From the NCBI GenBank assembly GCA_001643675.2, contig LSRY02000031.1, positions 248,001-312,000 of the forward strand: 64,000 nucleotides of DNA. Direction: 5' to 3'. A program made the position numbers and the translations under genes. The DNA is from Monocercomonoides exilis PA203. Lineage: Eukaryota; Protista; Preaxostyla. The notes below the pieces were generated by a model. That model saw nothing but the letters and a program-made list of their open reading frames with translations. It had not been told where the DNA came from and made no database searches. Within the stretch, counting starts at the first letter, position 1; every line of letters starts with the position of its first letter. Positions 1 through 14,400 of the stretch are shown here, in pieces.

Positions 1-1165
1 CATTCCATGCCTTTCTACACCCTTTCTCAGCGCTTTATCTTCGGCTTCTGTCCAAAACTTGTGAGAAATTGGAAAAAAAAAAATAAGAAAAAATGTTTAT
101 GAAATAGCAGGATTAAATTTATGATTAGATTTCATTAATCAAAAATATGAGAAAAAGATTAATGCAAACCACTCTTTTCTTCTTTTGTTCATTTTTTCTT
201 TTTATTTCATTTGGATCTTCGATCGTTTTCACCTTTTTGTTTCTTTCAGTTACAGTTTGACTTCTTCCTTGTCGTTCAGATAATTTTGCATCATTATTCG
301 CTTCAAACGCTGATTCTTCCTTCATCATTTCTTTTCTACTTCTTTTGCATGGCACTTCCTCAATCATTTCTATTTCTTTATCATCATGATTACAGGTCCC
401 ATATTTCTCAGCTTTTTCCTCACTTTTTCTCTTCAAACGCCTCAATGCCTTCGAAGGCAAAGTCTTCGTACAATGAAATTCATTTGGATGGCATGCATTA
501 ATTCTCAATTCTCCAGATGAAAATTGTTTACTCTCAATTTTGCGTTGAGTCAAGTCAATCCTATTGGCATTATTTGTATTTTGAAATTCTAATTCCTTGT
601 TATCCATTTGAATAGTGCGCTTAAGTTGTGCAAGACTTTCTTCAATCTTTTGTATTTTGTGTTTCTTCTTTTTAACTTTTATTCTTGAAATTTGTTTAAT
701 GCCTTCGCTCATAAAGTTAAATTCTTGTAATTTATGTAGCATATCCAATAAAATACTCACATGCTCGACAAACGATTGAGAACAGTCATGTGCAAGAATT
801 TCATCAAAAAAACAACATAATTTAATCTCCATCCCTTCACTGAGAGGAAAAAGCATTTCTTTCAGTTCCTCATCTTCTAATATTCTTTCATTTGTTCCAA
901 AGATAAACTTTGCAAATTCTTTTTTTAACGTTTCCTTTTCAACAATGTCATTCATTTTATTTCTTTCTGTTCTAATCCACAATTTTAAAAGCTGAGATTG
1001 TGCTCCTAAAGACCTCATAAGAAAAATCCATGGCCACTGTGTTATAGATTCTATCTGATTTTCATTCGAACTTAATTCCCAATGCTGATTGTTCAAAAAA
1101 TCATCTTCATTTTCCATCTCCTGTGTGATTGATCGTGTAATTCTTTTTGACTTTACACCTATCAT
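1..1165 (-). CDS. Protein with a Myb/SANT domain near its apparent C-terminus, TRF-like (partial; continues beyond the window start; 5' exons unresolved, possibly up to ~1600)
   Basis: ORF 125..1165 splices through a phase-0 GT..AG intron (169..58) into exon 57..1. This gives KKRV|FWTEAEDKALRKGVERHGM, the W-T-x-x-E-D-x-x-L-x-x-G-V helix 1 of Myb repeats. Confidence 0.65.
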
Positions 1166-1908
1166 TTCCCCGATATATTCTTCTGAAATTTCTGATTGTT
1201 ATTTATTGAATGACACTTATATATGATTTTTATTACCAAAATAATGAAGTTCACAATTCTTTTTATAGGATTTGATCACAATGTTCGACATGATGTGTTG
1301 AATATGAACTAAATCATATAATTTTTTGATATGTTGCTGAGATATAATAAAGGCATTTCAAAAAGACAATTATTTCATTTTTTTTCGACTGTCCGCAAAA
1401 GAAATATTTTATCCCAAACAAACATTGTAATTAAAACTACTGTTTAATCCAATTCAGAAATATTTCACCCCACTTTTCAATTGCAACATTTCACACCAGA
1501 AAAAACATTAGCTTTGCTAATAAGCTTGCAAATTCTTATTGATTTAACTTTCAGTTCTTTCTGCGAATAATTAAGAGGGAGGAGAATATTTTCTGATTTT
1601 TCAAATTTCTATATTATTTTCTAATTAAAATTTCTCTTTTAATAGAATATTGTTTTTGCAATGAAATAATATTCACAAATTATTCGATGGCTCAAATTTT
1701 ATTATGTGCTTTTTAACATTAAAAAGCAAACATTTTTTTTCTTTTAAAAAAACAGAAAAAAACTTTTAAAAAAATGATAAAAATAATTAACTTAAAAAAA
1801 CCACAAAGATTTCAAAATTTAAAGCCTTAAATAACTGAAATATCAGATCTAAGAACATCAAGCCAACTGATTCTCAATTAAAAATTTCATTTATAATAAT
1901 TTTTATTC

Positions 1909-3784
1909 TTATGCATAATAAGATTTTGCCGATTGCAATGAAATTTGAATATATTGATGTAAAGGATATATGCTGAAGAATCCGTCAGAACCAAATTCAT
2001 GGGGAATGTGGTGCTCCTACAAATAATACAAAAAATACAAAATATAACACACACACATATATACAAAAAATGTTCAAATGCTAATAGGAAAAATTTGCAT
2101 AGCACAAACCATCAGCACAAGTTTCAACACATCCATCATGTTTTTATTCTGCTTTGATGTGACGAAGTTGCCAACAACAAAGTGGAGCACATTTGGCAGT
2201 CCATCAATCATTTCCTGTGTCAAATTGCTGTTTGGAGAGCACAAGGCCACAATTATACATTTCACGATTAAGAACGCGTCAAAGACTTTCAATCCCTTCA
2301 GGTCAATGGTCATCGAAAATGGCTTAGCACCCGCTGAAATGAAGAAATGAATGTGAAATAAATTTTATTTGAAAGAATAATGAAAATTAAATAAAAATAA
2401 AATATTATGTTTTTGATTGGAGAGAGAATATAATAAATAAGTTAAAAAATGCTTCATCGCATCAAAACGAGCAAACACAAAACATTTGCACAACGAACAG
2501 ATAATCGCCATACTTTTCGTCGATTTTGTCTTCTGATTCTCCAAAAACACTTCTCCAACAGAGTTCTCAAACAACTTTTTCCAAGTGGCCATCATTTCGC
2601 TCTGTATGTTGTCCTCCTCTTCTTGTGCCATCGCCATCTCAACAGAAACTTCTTTCGCTTCTTCTTCAACAAGCTTTCGCTTTGCCTCCTTTACAATTTC
2701 CTTTGCTTTGCTCAAATGATCTTTCCATGCTAATAAGTCCTTTTCAATAAGTGTCGCAAGAACTGAAAAAAAATGTATCAATTTCAAATTAATAACAATC
2801 AAACAATAACATTGAAAATAATGAAAACAAAACATTCCCATAAAAAATTAATTATAACATACAGCTTCCGCTTATTTGTGGCAAGTTCAGCACATCCCAC
2901 AAACGAAGCCTGCTCAGCCGGCATAGTTTAGCATCAACATCCGAAGGGAACAAACTCGGATATGCAGAAGAAGATGCCATAGAGGGTGTTGCAATAGAAC
3001 GACCAGATGCCATTGATGAAACAATTGAACTGCGGTCTTTCATTGATGCTAAGAAATTAAATGATGAAAAAGAAGATTGCATCATTTTTGATCGATATTG
3101 AGACGAAGGTGAAAATGAATAGGAAGATCTATCTGGCAGAGATGGGTATTTTGAACGAGATGCAATTTCAACCTGTACCCACTCTTTTTCTTCAAAATAT
3201 TCCTGAATCCATGTGAAAACTTTTTCCTCATCAACAGTATGCTCTGCAATCTTTTCTTTTGATTCTTCTTCACTTTCTTTTCCTTTAATATCTGAAAAAG
3301 TTTTTGAAGGTTCTTTGGTTTTTTCTCCCTTCAAATTATCAAAGTTATACTTTGTTTGAGTAATGGAGCAAAATGGAGAATAAGAGAAACCAAGACCTCC
3401 ATAAGTTTCTGACATTGTACTGCTTGATTGACAAGACGGATGAGGAAAATAAAACGAAGAGTATTGCGGATAATCAGCAAATTTGTGATTTGAAATTTCT
3501 GGAAAAGAATAAAGCGAATTCTGCTTTTCAGGTTCTTTTTCTGGTTCTTTTTCTAACTCCTTTTCTTTTTGTATAAATGAAGATGAAGTACTAAATAATT
3601 TTTCAAAAGCCTCATTTGCTTTTTCTTCTTCAAAGAAGTTTGCTTGTAAAACGTTTTCAATAATGTCTTTTTCTAATGATGGATACAGTTCCATATACTT
3701 GTCAACAAGTTTTGCTTGCTGATCCGGATCGGCGCTTCGCAAAATTTTTTGAGTGTTGAGATCAATGTCGAAGTAAAGTGTCAT
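1909..3784 (-). CDS. CUE + DUF1771-like + degenerate Smr-domain protein (Cue2/N4BP2-like architecture), about 4 exons
   Basis: N-terminal LYPSLEKDIIENVLQANFFEEEKA is CUE-like. Spliced exons (~2763..2514, 2334..~2110, ~2016..1909) read ENSVGEVFLENQ...TIDLKGLKVFDAFLIV...LHFVVG...EHHIPHEFGSDGFF, matching the DUF1771-Smr junction and Smr fold pattern. Confidence 0.55.
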
Positions 3785-3934
3785 CAGAATAACGAATAAT
3801 TTAATATTGGGCAGTTGATCATTATTTCATTATCCTTTATTTTCAAACTGCACATAAACTTATTATTTTCAATTTATAAATTGTTATAGATATGCTTTCT
3901 GTTTTTCATTGAAACCCATATTTTATTAAGGAAG

Positions 3935-6900
3935 ATGTCATCGGTAAGTCCTCAAAATACAATGGTGTGACTCACACTCAGATTTGTTAAATATGAAAAT
4001 TAGACAAATCTTTTATTTATATTCAGAACTCAAGAGTTGATGTTTCTCAAGCTTCGCAAATTTTAGAGAATGAGAGAGATCATGCTGTTTTACTGCATAT
4101 ACAACGTGAAAATGCTGAACTTAAAAGCTATATTGACGTTTTGAAATCAGCATTAGATTTAAAAGCAAATGAATATGGTTTAGGAGATAAAAAGGTTTTT
4201 TATCAATAAATAATAAGAAAATAATATTTGAAAATTTTATTTCATTTTTTTTTGAAGGGCGGAATTTTTATTGAACTAGAAGGAACACGAAGAGAACGAA
4301 CTTTACTTCAACAAAAAGTTTATGATAATTCTCTTGTTATTTCAAACTTAAAGAATGAACTAGAAACGACGAATGAAAAACTAGATCTCTCAAAGCAACT
4401 TTTGAGGGAAATAACAAATCAACAAAAAGTGGAATGCAACAGTTTTGAGCAAAAACTTGAAAAGCTTAATAATGCAGTTGACCAATATCTAGAAACGCTT
4501 GACGGGCGAATTTCAGAAGTCCACAATCTTATTTCGCAAAGGAAAGATTTGGAAGATCGCCTTTTAAATTACGAAGAACGACAAAAGGAAATTCAAAACT
4601 CATTGGATGAGGAGCGACAAAAAAACAATGAAAAAGAAAGAAACATTGCTATTCTTAGCCGATCAATTTCTGAAAAGGAAACGAACATTGAAAATTTAAC
4701 AGAATCACAGCAAGCTTCAGAGAAACAACACAGATTGATAGCAGATAAATTGATATCGACGCAGCACGAACTCGACGAGGCCTTAGCGCTGCGAGCAGAA
4801 GTGTGGACGGTGTATGAGCGAGAAAAAGCAGAAAAGGAAGAACTGAAGGAGAAGCTGCGTCTGGCAGAGGAAGAGCTGGCTGAGTCGCAGGCAAAGCTGA
4901 GCGAGGCTGAAGCGTCTCTGCGGCGTGAGTGCGACAAGGCGAAGTGGGAAAGCGAGCGGAGCAGCCTTCTGATGCAGGCGCGGAAGGAGAGCGAGCGGCA
5001 GAGCAAAGAGAAGGCAGAAGAGGCACAGAAGCACATCGAGACGTTGTGTGAGTCGATTTCGGGGGCGAATAAGCGCGTGGGACAGGCGAAGGAGGAGCTG
5101 GAGGCAGAAAAGAGGGAGAGGATGGAGGAGAAGAAGGGGTGGGAGAGAGAAAAGGAGGAGAGGGAAGAGGAGATGAGAGAGAGGGAAAAGGAAATTATTC
5201 AGCTGAAAGGAGAGCTGAACGAGAAAAATGCAATTTTAGGTGAATTAAAGGCAACAAATGCAGCGAAAGAGAAAGAGCTGACAGAGTTGAGGGCGAATTA
5301 TGAGAAGGAAACGACAAAGAATACAATGGAGATAACGAGATTGGCTTCAGAAGTGGAGAAGAAGAAAGCAGAAGAAAAAATAAGGTCAGAAATGATGATG
5401 GGGCAGATGACGAAGCTGAAGGAAGAAGCAGCCAATGCGAAAAACAGAATGAAGGAGCAAAACGAATACTATGCGGAAATGAAGAGAGAATTCGATGATT
5501 TGCAGGAGAAGCATCAGAAAGACGGAAAGGAATTGGAAATTCTGAGGGAAGAAGCCGAAAAGATGGAAGAAGAAAACAAAAGACTCACAAAAGAAAACGA
5601 AGAAATGAATAAAAAAACGGAAGAGTTCGAAAAGAGAGCAGAAGAAGCAGAAACAACAGCAGAAAAACTAAGGCGAGAAGCCGAAATGATCCACGAACAG
5701 AGGAAAGAGATGGAGAAAGCGATGGAAGAGAAGCAAGAAGAATGCAAAGCTTTGCTTGGAGATCTTGCTGTGAAGAAGCTGGAGTTGGCTGCGATGAAAG
5801 AGGAGAACAGCAATTTGGCAGGCACAAGCGACACAAGAGCGGCGGTGCTGCTGGGGAAGATAGACGAGTTGGAAGAAGAATGCAAATGTTTAAGAGAGAA
5901 GGAAGAAAAAGAAGAAAAAGATGGGGAGAGGAGAGAAAGAGAAATGAAGGAGCTGAAAGTGAGGGCGGAAGAAGCAGAAAAGAAAGTGGAGATGATGGAA
6001 GTTCTGTTGAACAATACAAAAGATGCATTGAACGAGGCCAACGAAGAATTACAGCAGAAGAACGTAATGTTGGAGGAGATGATGAAAGAGAAGGAGAAAT
6101 TCGATGATTCAGAGAATGAAGATGAAAGAAAGATGAATAAAGAAAAGAGGGAAGATGAATTTGACACTCAAAATGAGAGTGAACAAAACGGAACATTAGA
6201 AAATTCTTCTTCTTCTTCTTCTTCTTCTGATTCAACGAACAATAACGACAACAACATCAATAAAGATAAATCAAAGGAAAACTCATTCCCCTCATCTTCA
6301 TCAATAATCCAACCACCATCCACTATTTCCTTTGAGCAAGCAGTCGAAGATGCTGCAGAGCTCAAAAGATGCCAGGAAGATCTGCTTCTTCTCAGGGAAG
6401 TCTGCCAAGAAGCAGAAGCGATGCTGCAGTCGATGCGGACAGAGATGAAGGAGAAGGCGAAAGAAGGAGAAAACGAGAAGAGGATGTTTGTGGCGCAGAT
6501 TGGGCAGATGATGGAGGATATGGAGAGGAAAAACAAAGAGAAGGAGGAAATGAAGAGTGAGATTGATAAATTGAGAGAGAAAGCATCAATAGCAGAGCAT
6601 GAAGCAGAGGCAGCGAAGAAGAAAGTGAACAGTTTGAAGAAGGAGTTGGAAGAGAACAAAGAAAGAGTGCAGTTTTTGGAGAAGACATTTGGATTGGCAG
6701 AAGAAGTAGCAGGAAATGGAACATCATTTTTAACAACTCCTTCGTTTTTGAATGCGACGCAGTCAGGAAATCAAACTGAATGTCGCATGCTTCGCGAGGA
6801 AATGGCAAAGTTGGAGAACAAAATGAGTGAGAAAGAGGAAGAGATAAGACAGTTGAAGCAGGCAAAGGCAACAGTTGAAGCAGATCTGCGCTCGAAGGAA

Positions 6901-8097
6901 ACATCATTTGCAGTCGAAAAGAAAGTCTTTGGCGAAAAAACGAGAGTTTTGGAAGGACAGCTGAGGGAAAGAGAAGAAGCACTCAAAACAGCCGAAGCGA
7001 AAGTGCGGGAGACGAAAGTGGCGAACGAGGAGATTCGGAACTATGGAGTGCTTTTGGAGAAGCAGCTGAATGTGGCAGTGGAAGAAGTGGAAAGATTGCA
7101 AGTGGCAGCAGACACAGGAGAAGCGATGCGGAAGGCGATGAGCAAAGAGATTGAGCAGCTGAGAGAGACGTTGGAAGAGGAGGAGACAGGCCATGCACAG
7201 GAAGTGAGGGCGCTGCAGGCAGAGCTGAAAGAGGCAACAGAGAAGATTCAGCTGAGAGACGGGACGATTTCTGCGAATGAGACAGAGCTGGCTGATCTCA
7301 CAGCACAATGCCATGCTGTTCTGGATGAGAACGAGAGGCTGAGCAGATTGGCATTGGAAGCAAAGCAGAACAGAATGAACGGGCAAATTGGAGTAAATGC
7401 AGTTAATGCGATGAATATGAACACTCAGCAGATGAATGGGATGTTGGGTGAAATACCAGAAGAGCCGCGAGGAAACAGAGATGGGAAGAGGAAAGTGGCT
7501 GTGACACAAACACTTCCTGTGTACAGAAACTTGTCTTTGACAACATCACCCACTTCCTCTTCTAACTATTCCTCTTCCACATCTCCTTCCTCATCCTCTC
7601 AGGCAATCACCACACCTTCTTCTTCTTCTTCTTCTTCTTCTTCTTCTTCTTCTTCTTCTTCTTCTCTTTCTCAAACACCTCATCCACGTACATACACCAT
7701 CCAGCTTCCTGTCTCTTCTGCACATCAAAGTCCTCTTTCTCCCCTTCGCTCTGCTTCTTTGTCTATTTCGTCTCCTCAAAAATCCCCAACAAAACACAAA
7801 ACTCGTTCTCCTCGCACATCAACCAGCTCGTCTGCTGCTAATTCAAATTCTTCTTCACAACAAACATCATCATCTGCAATTGTTCCTTCTCCTTCTTCTT
7901 CCTCTTCTCCTTCTCCATCTTTTTCATTAACACCCCACAATTCACAGCGCGAAGACCAGTCTTCACTCAAACAGAGTGTGTCTGATCCACAAAAGCTCTC
8001 TTCGCCTCCGCTTGTTCAGTCGCAATTCTCTCCTAATGCTGATTCAAATACACCTTCTCATTCGTTTTCTAAATCAGAAAGCTCAAAAGCAAGTTGA
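3935..8097 (+). CDS. Long coiled-coil protein with Ser/Pro-rich disordered C-terminus (3 exons: 3935..3943, 4027..4194, 4258..8097)
   Basis: ATG TCA TCG|GTAAGT donor, two phase-0 introns, and a 1289-aa ORF rich in E/K/R/L heptads. Confidence 0.85.
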
Positions 8098-8495
8098 AGA
8101 AAAAAAAAAAATGAATGATTTTTTGGGGAAGGATGGATATGACTCGTTTTTGTTTCTAATCCAAATGTAGTTGAAAAGTTCATTTCATTTTGAATGTATT
8201 CTTTTGATTATGTTTTAGTTGTGTTAGTGTGTTATTCTGTGTTAGCCATTTTAATAAGCTGTTAATTATTTGAAAAAAAATATCACTTCATTCATCATTG
8301 TATAATAATTATTGTAATCATCAACAAATAATAATTTACGTCAACGCAAAATAAATTTTTGTAATATTCTATTATAAACAATTTTTTCACGAAAAAGATA
8401 ACACATAAAAAATTTCATAAAAATGAAACGAAACTTAAAAAACAAATTAATTTGAGCCAAAATGGAAGAATAACCAGATTCAACAGCTTTTCATT

Positions 8496-11400
8496 CTAAT
8501 CAACTGTAATGAAGAATATCGAATATGCCAATAAAAACACAGTCAGTGGAATAAACGGGAGCAACCAGAAGTTGTTGATAAATGCCAATCCAATCGCAAG
8601 CGGAATGAATGACCAAATGAGCGAGGCGATCAATCTGAACACGACATGCAATTTTGAGTGGCGGTGGAACCATCTGTGTGACAGGACGACAGGAATGCTG
8701 TAAATAGACCACAAAGCACGCAAGAGCGAAAACAGGGCTACAAAAAGCATCTCAAATGAGAGAATAGGATGGAACGAGGAGAACACATGACGTTTTGATA
8801 GGTACTGCAGATGGAATGAGCCAGTCATTGAGATGAACCACGCTAGCTGCACAACATAAATAGACCAAACAGAGTGCAAACGGAAAACTTCGATGAATGC
8901 CTGCCCAATTGCAGTCCAAAATCTGACTGATCCATCCTCATTGTCATCCAAAATCTGTCTGGCAAATATGATAACAGCAACCACAAAGGGCAAAAACAGC
9001 TCGACAAGCTGAGCAGCGAGCCAGATAGGAGTGAGGACGCACTGAATGATCGTTTTGACAGCAAAGACAAGAGAAGGCACATCGAAAAGCGCAGAAGACA
9101 ATGAATGATCTTTCAATAGAGGATTGGTCGACAGACCAAGCCATTTTGTATTTTTGAGGAAAAAGCGAGGTTGCTTGACGAGATAACAGAATCCCTTCCA
9201 AACAGAACGAAAGATGGACAAGATCGAAGCATCAGGATAAGAGCGAATGGAAAAGATAGAAGAAGCAGAGGAAATAGAAAGAGGCGAAGGAACAGAAAGT
9301 GTTGGGGTTAGCTGAAGGGAAGAAGGAGAAGGAATAATTGACTGTGTGCATAGAGTCTCTGACTTTTCGGAGGAAGTTGAAAACAATTGAAGAATATTGT
9401 CATTTTGTGATGAAGGCAACGAAGGAGAATAGGAAATCATTTGCGGAGAAGGTATATATGAAGAAGATGCCAATGGCAAATATGCTTCACCATCATTCAT
9501 TTGAAAGAACATATTTTCATCGAAATGTCTTTGCACTTTCAATTCTTTTGCACAACTTAATTCTTTTCCCCTACTATCACAAATGTCCGCATTCCCAATC
9601 AAAGCAATTGTTCCGTCCGCTGGAAAAGTTGCAGGAAGAAGCGAAGGAGTTGTGATTGGAATGTTCAAAGCACCTCCACAAAAGAGGAAGGTCTGAAGAG
9701 GAGGAATATCAGCAAATGAGGATGGAACAGCAGAAGGCGAAGTCAGAGAGGATGTGAATGACGAAACAGTAAATGGAGAATTAGTGATTGAATGAAGGTT
9801 GATATTATCAATTTGAGAAGAAGAAGAGGAGGAGGAGGAGGAAGGAGCAAGTGCAGTAATTGTAGGCTTCCATCCACTCAGAAGAATATCTTCAGCGTCG
9901 TTGTATTCAATTGACTCTTCATCATTTTCTGCCCCTGGGTTTAAAGCATTTTCTGGTTCTGTTGTGTTATTTGCATCAATAACATCGTTTAAGTCAATAA
10001 TTATTTCCGATTGATTGTTTGAACTTGACTGTTTTTCAATAACTTTATCTTTTTCCCTTTCCTTTTCCTCATTTTTATCATTTTCTTTGTTTATCAATGC
10101 AATTAGCGATTCATCAACCTCCACAATAATGTCATCCTTTCTCGTCTTGCTCAGATTCGAAAACAGAACTTCAACATTCTCCTGATAGGACATTTCGTTG
10201 AATATTGTCACTTCTCCTTCCAATCGATTGTGCAAATCATTCGAATATGAAATAAATGGACGCTTAAGAACTGAAGGCAAATATTGCTGCTTTTCAGGAA
10301 AGATTTCACTGCTTGATGAAGATTTTCTTTGAGAAATTGAATGAGATTCAAGTGGGCTTGATGGATTTGGTGTGCTGCCTTTTTTGTCCGCTTTTTCTCC
10401 TCCTTTTTTATGATATATACTTTCGTTGCTTTCTTTTTCTGGTTTTGTTTTCTCTGTCTCCTTCTTTTCCTTTTCCTTTTCATTCTCCTTCTCCTTCTCC
10501 TTCTTCTTTCTTCCCTTCTCTTTTCTTCCCTCCCCTTCCTTCGAGAATATACTCTCCACCGATGCGATTCCTTGCTTCTTCCTTTTCTCAGCGCTTCCCA
10601 GTGACAGTGCTGATAACAATAGCTTCACACTCTTTGTCATTCCTGTATTTTGCAGGAAAGACGGCTGGTCTCTCACAACAACACCGTCCCAAAGTGGCTG
10701 GAAAAGCGTCAGCACAAAAAAGAACACAACATTAGGAAGCATCAGCACAACAGCCAAATCATTCAGAAGAGTGAAGAGAAAGGCAACCAGAACTTGAAGC
10801 ACAAACTGATCAGCGTTCCAAAAGGGATCACAAAGCGATCGCTCAGCTGCAGCAGAAAAGATGAATGCAGGTGTCAAAAGATACGAAGATGCCAGGCGAG
10901 CCAAAGAACAATGCGAAATCGGGCGAAGGAAGTTGAAGAAATGGGACTGCTGGTGCAGAGCAGAGGAAAGCTGCCTTTCACTTTCGGAAGTTGTTGGACT
11001 GTGGAACGAGTCAAAAGAAATGCTGTTGCGAGAAAAATTGGAATGCGTGGAACGAGGAGACAAGATATTTGGAGAAGATGATACTTTTTGTGTGGATTGA
11101 ACGTTTGAAGAAGAAAGAAGAGAAGAAGAGGAATTGGATGAAGGTGAAATATCAATATGAACAGAACTTGATTCATTTTCTGATCCTGTTAATGATTTAT
11201 TGGAAGAGGATGAGTTTGACACACGCGAAGTAGTTGGAGAAGAAGAAGAGGAAGAAGAAGGAGAAAATGGATGCTCTGTTGTTGTCAGATCAACAGGTGA
11301 CAGAATGCGAATGGGATGATTGTCACTTTCTGCTGATTTGCTGTGCATATCTCCATTTGCTGTGTTTTGCATTTCATCTGACTCTTTCTCCTTTTCATTC

Positions 11401-14400
11401 AATTTTCCTGTGCCGTCTTCTTCTTCCTCTGTGATTGCTTCGAGTGGCGTTGAGAAAGCATGCGAGTGATGACGATGGCGATGTGCACGCCGATGCAACC
11501 TCGGCTTCTCCGCAAAGTGCATCGCAATAAATTCCAGCAACTCTCTTTCACTCTCTTGCTCTCTTATTGCTTCCGTGTCAGCTCTCTGATCTTCTGAACT
11601 GTCTCGCATTGTTTCTTCATTCATCCCCTTTTCTCTTCTTCCATCCTGCTTGCTTCTTTCAAATCCATCATCATTATCATCATTATTTGTCTCTTTCTTT
11701 TTCTTACCCTTTGCTCTCTTTCCCTCTTTCTTTCTGACCTGAGGTTTTCTCACACCATCACTTGAACATCGCCACTTTACATACCAATAAAGTGGAAGGA
11801 CAACAGGAAGCATCATTTTCAATGGGATAAGAACTAGATGTGGAAAAAGTGTAATTCCCCTCAGAAAATTGGATGAAACAGCAGATTTTATTTGGATGCT
11901 GAAAAGAGAAGAGTCTGAAATCAAATAATTTGGTGAAGGTAAAAATGAGATTTGTGGAGAAGAAGGAGAAAATGATGAAGACAATGAAGATGCAGAAACA
12001 AAAGGAGAAGACATCTCCGAAGAAGATGGAGATTGCTGCTGCATTTGATGTACATTGGTTGACTTTGTTTGTTGCGCATGCAATTCTGTTTGAGACATCG
12101 TCGTAACTGTCGAAGATGATCTCAATGAATGCTCAGACATAACCTCCTGTGAAGTCTGTAGTTGCTGACGTGGAGATAGTTTGACAGCATGTGGACTGCG
12201 AATGCTTCTACGAATTTTTGTGTGTTTTTGACTTTCTTTTCCTTCTTTTCCATCTTCTCCTCCATTTGTCTTTTGTTGGTGATTTTCTGAATGCGCATTT
12301 GAAATACATATCAACACAACCTCCTTCACAAACAAGGGAAACCTCAAAACTGTCACAAATATCACAAAAATCTGCAAAAAAAGGAGAAGATCCAACAGAC
12401 AGCGCCAGCAAACAAGCAGAACTGCCACATCAGATGAGACAAGAACAGCAAAAGGAAACAACAGAGAAGGATGTGCATTCAACTTCTTCCTCAACTCGCG
12501 ATTGAATTCGGGTGAATCATTCATGCGCCTTGTGCTATCAACACTGGTTTTCGTTTGATTTTTACTCTTTTTGGAAGAGTTGGAAGACGAAGATTGCGAT
12601 ACAGAAGGAGAAACACGAGTTGATTCTGTTTGTTTTGTTGAGTTTGTTGAAGAATGCGTCAAAGCGATGGAGGAAGAGCGAGAAGATGGCATTGAAGTGA
12701 TGGAGAATATTTCATCATTTGAGTGAGCAGCTGAAAATGAAAAAGGCATACCAGAGTTTGAAGAAGAGATTGCACTTCTATGACGGTTTCTTCGTGAGTT
12801 TTGCATTGGCACAATTTTGAGCAACTTCTTCTTTTGTGCGTTTTTCTCAACTTTAACAGAAAAATTCGACCTTTTCTGTGGAACTTTATTTTTATCTGGT
12901 AAACTGTCAAATGAATTCCACTGATGAATCAAAAGTGGCTGCACAGATTGAGAACGCGGAGGAACATCAACAGACACCACAGGAGAAATAACAGGAGAAG
13001 AGGAATACGATCGAAAAGAAGACAAAGAACGACTATGAGAATGAGAATTGGAGTGGGAGTGAGAGCGAGAATGAGAATGGAGAGAAGATGAAGGAGAAGA
13101 AAAGTCTGAGCGATTGCTAAGAGAAGGGCAAGATGAAGATAAATGCAAAAACGTGGTATCTTTCGTTATTACCTCATTTCTGTTCTTTGCCAGAGAACTG
13201 ACGCTTTCTTGCTCCAAAAGTTTATCGGGATGTTCATTTTGCAAAGTCTGCAAATTTTTGTCACCCAATGAATTAAACTGAAGAGATAGCATTTCGATAT
13301 TCAAATTCGAATCATCCGAAAGCCTGCGATTTTCATCCAAGAAATGTGAACTTTCCATCGATTCTTCAATTTTTTGTGCATTTTCAATTTCATCCTCACT
13401 CGAGCTTTCACACAATTCTTCATCAGATAATGTATCTTCCAGAATTTTCTTGTTATCACTCAAAGATTGGTAATTCAATGCATTAAAGTTTGAATGAATA
13501 GGATGAGAACGCAACGATACAAAAGCAGCAAGTGAATTTTGTCTGCGCTTCACAAAATTTTCTGGCTGAGAGTTGCAATTTGAGGAAAAGGTATGGAAAG
13601 AAAGATGGGATGAGGAGGAAGGCAAGCTTGAAGAAGGACAGAATACGGGTGATGGCAAGGCTGATTGGGGATAGGAACTGGACGAATGAATGGAATCAGA
13701 TAAAGCTGTTTGGAAAGAGGAAGAGGAAGAGGAAGAAGAAGCAGAAGCAGAAGAAGGCAGTAATTGTCCAATGAATTCATTGAAAGACATGCTGGAATGA
13801 ATCATTTTTGGATTATTCTGAAAGATAGGTTGACTTTGTACCGAACGATATAAGTTTTCATTGTTTTCTTTTCTTTGGGAAGATTTCAAAGATAAATGAT
13901 GTTTGTTCAATTTTCTTTCCATTTTCTGATTATTCTGTTCATTTTGAACAGAAGAGCTTGATTCGCTTTGCTCGGCAATAGCATATTCAGTTGAATGCAA
14001 ACCATAATCGAACTTTGTTGGAATATAACTTGTCATAACATCACTGAAATCACATGCATTGGATTCTGAACCAGCAGATGAACGTTTGCTGCAATTGCCA
14101 CATTCTTTTTGTGATTTTATCTGCAACTGTAAATTATTTGCGGTTGATTGCTCTGAATCTATTTGAGTATTGCCTTTTTCAATCTGTCTTTTTTTCTTGT
14201 CTTTCTCACTTTCTGCAGAAATAAATCCTGTTTCATCTTCTGACAGATTAAATGAATGATCACTGACATTTGCCATCTTCCTTCCCTTTCTCCTCCTCCT
14301 TCGATATCTTTTTTGCCTGTGTTTTATTCGCTTTTCATTTGTGTCATCTTTCCGCTGTCTTCCAAGAGCAGAAAACAGCTCCTGCGACAAACCATCCAAA

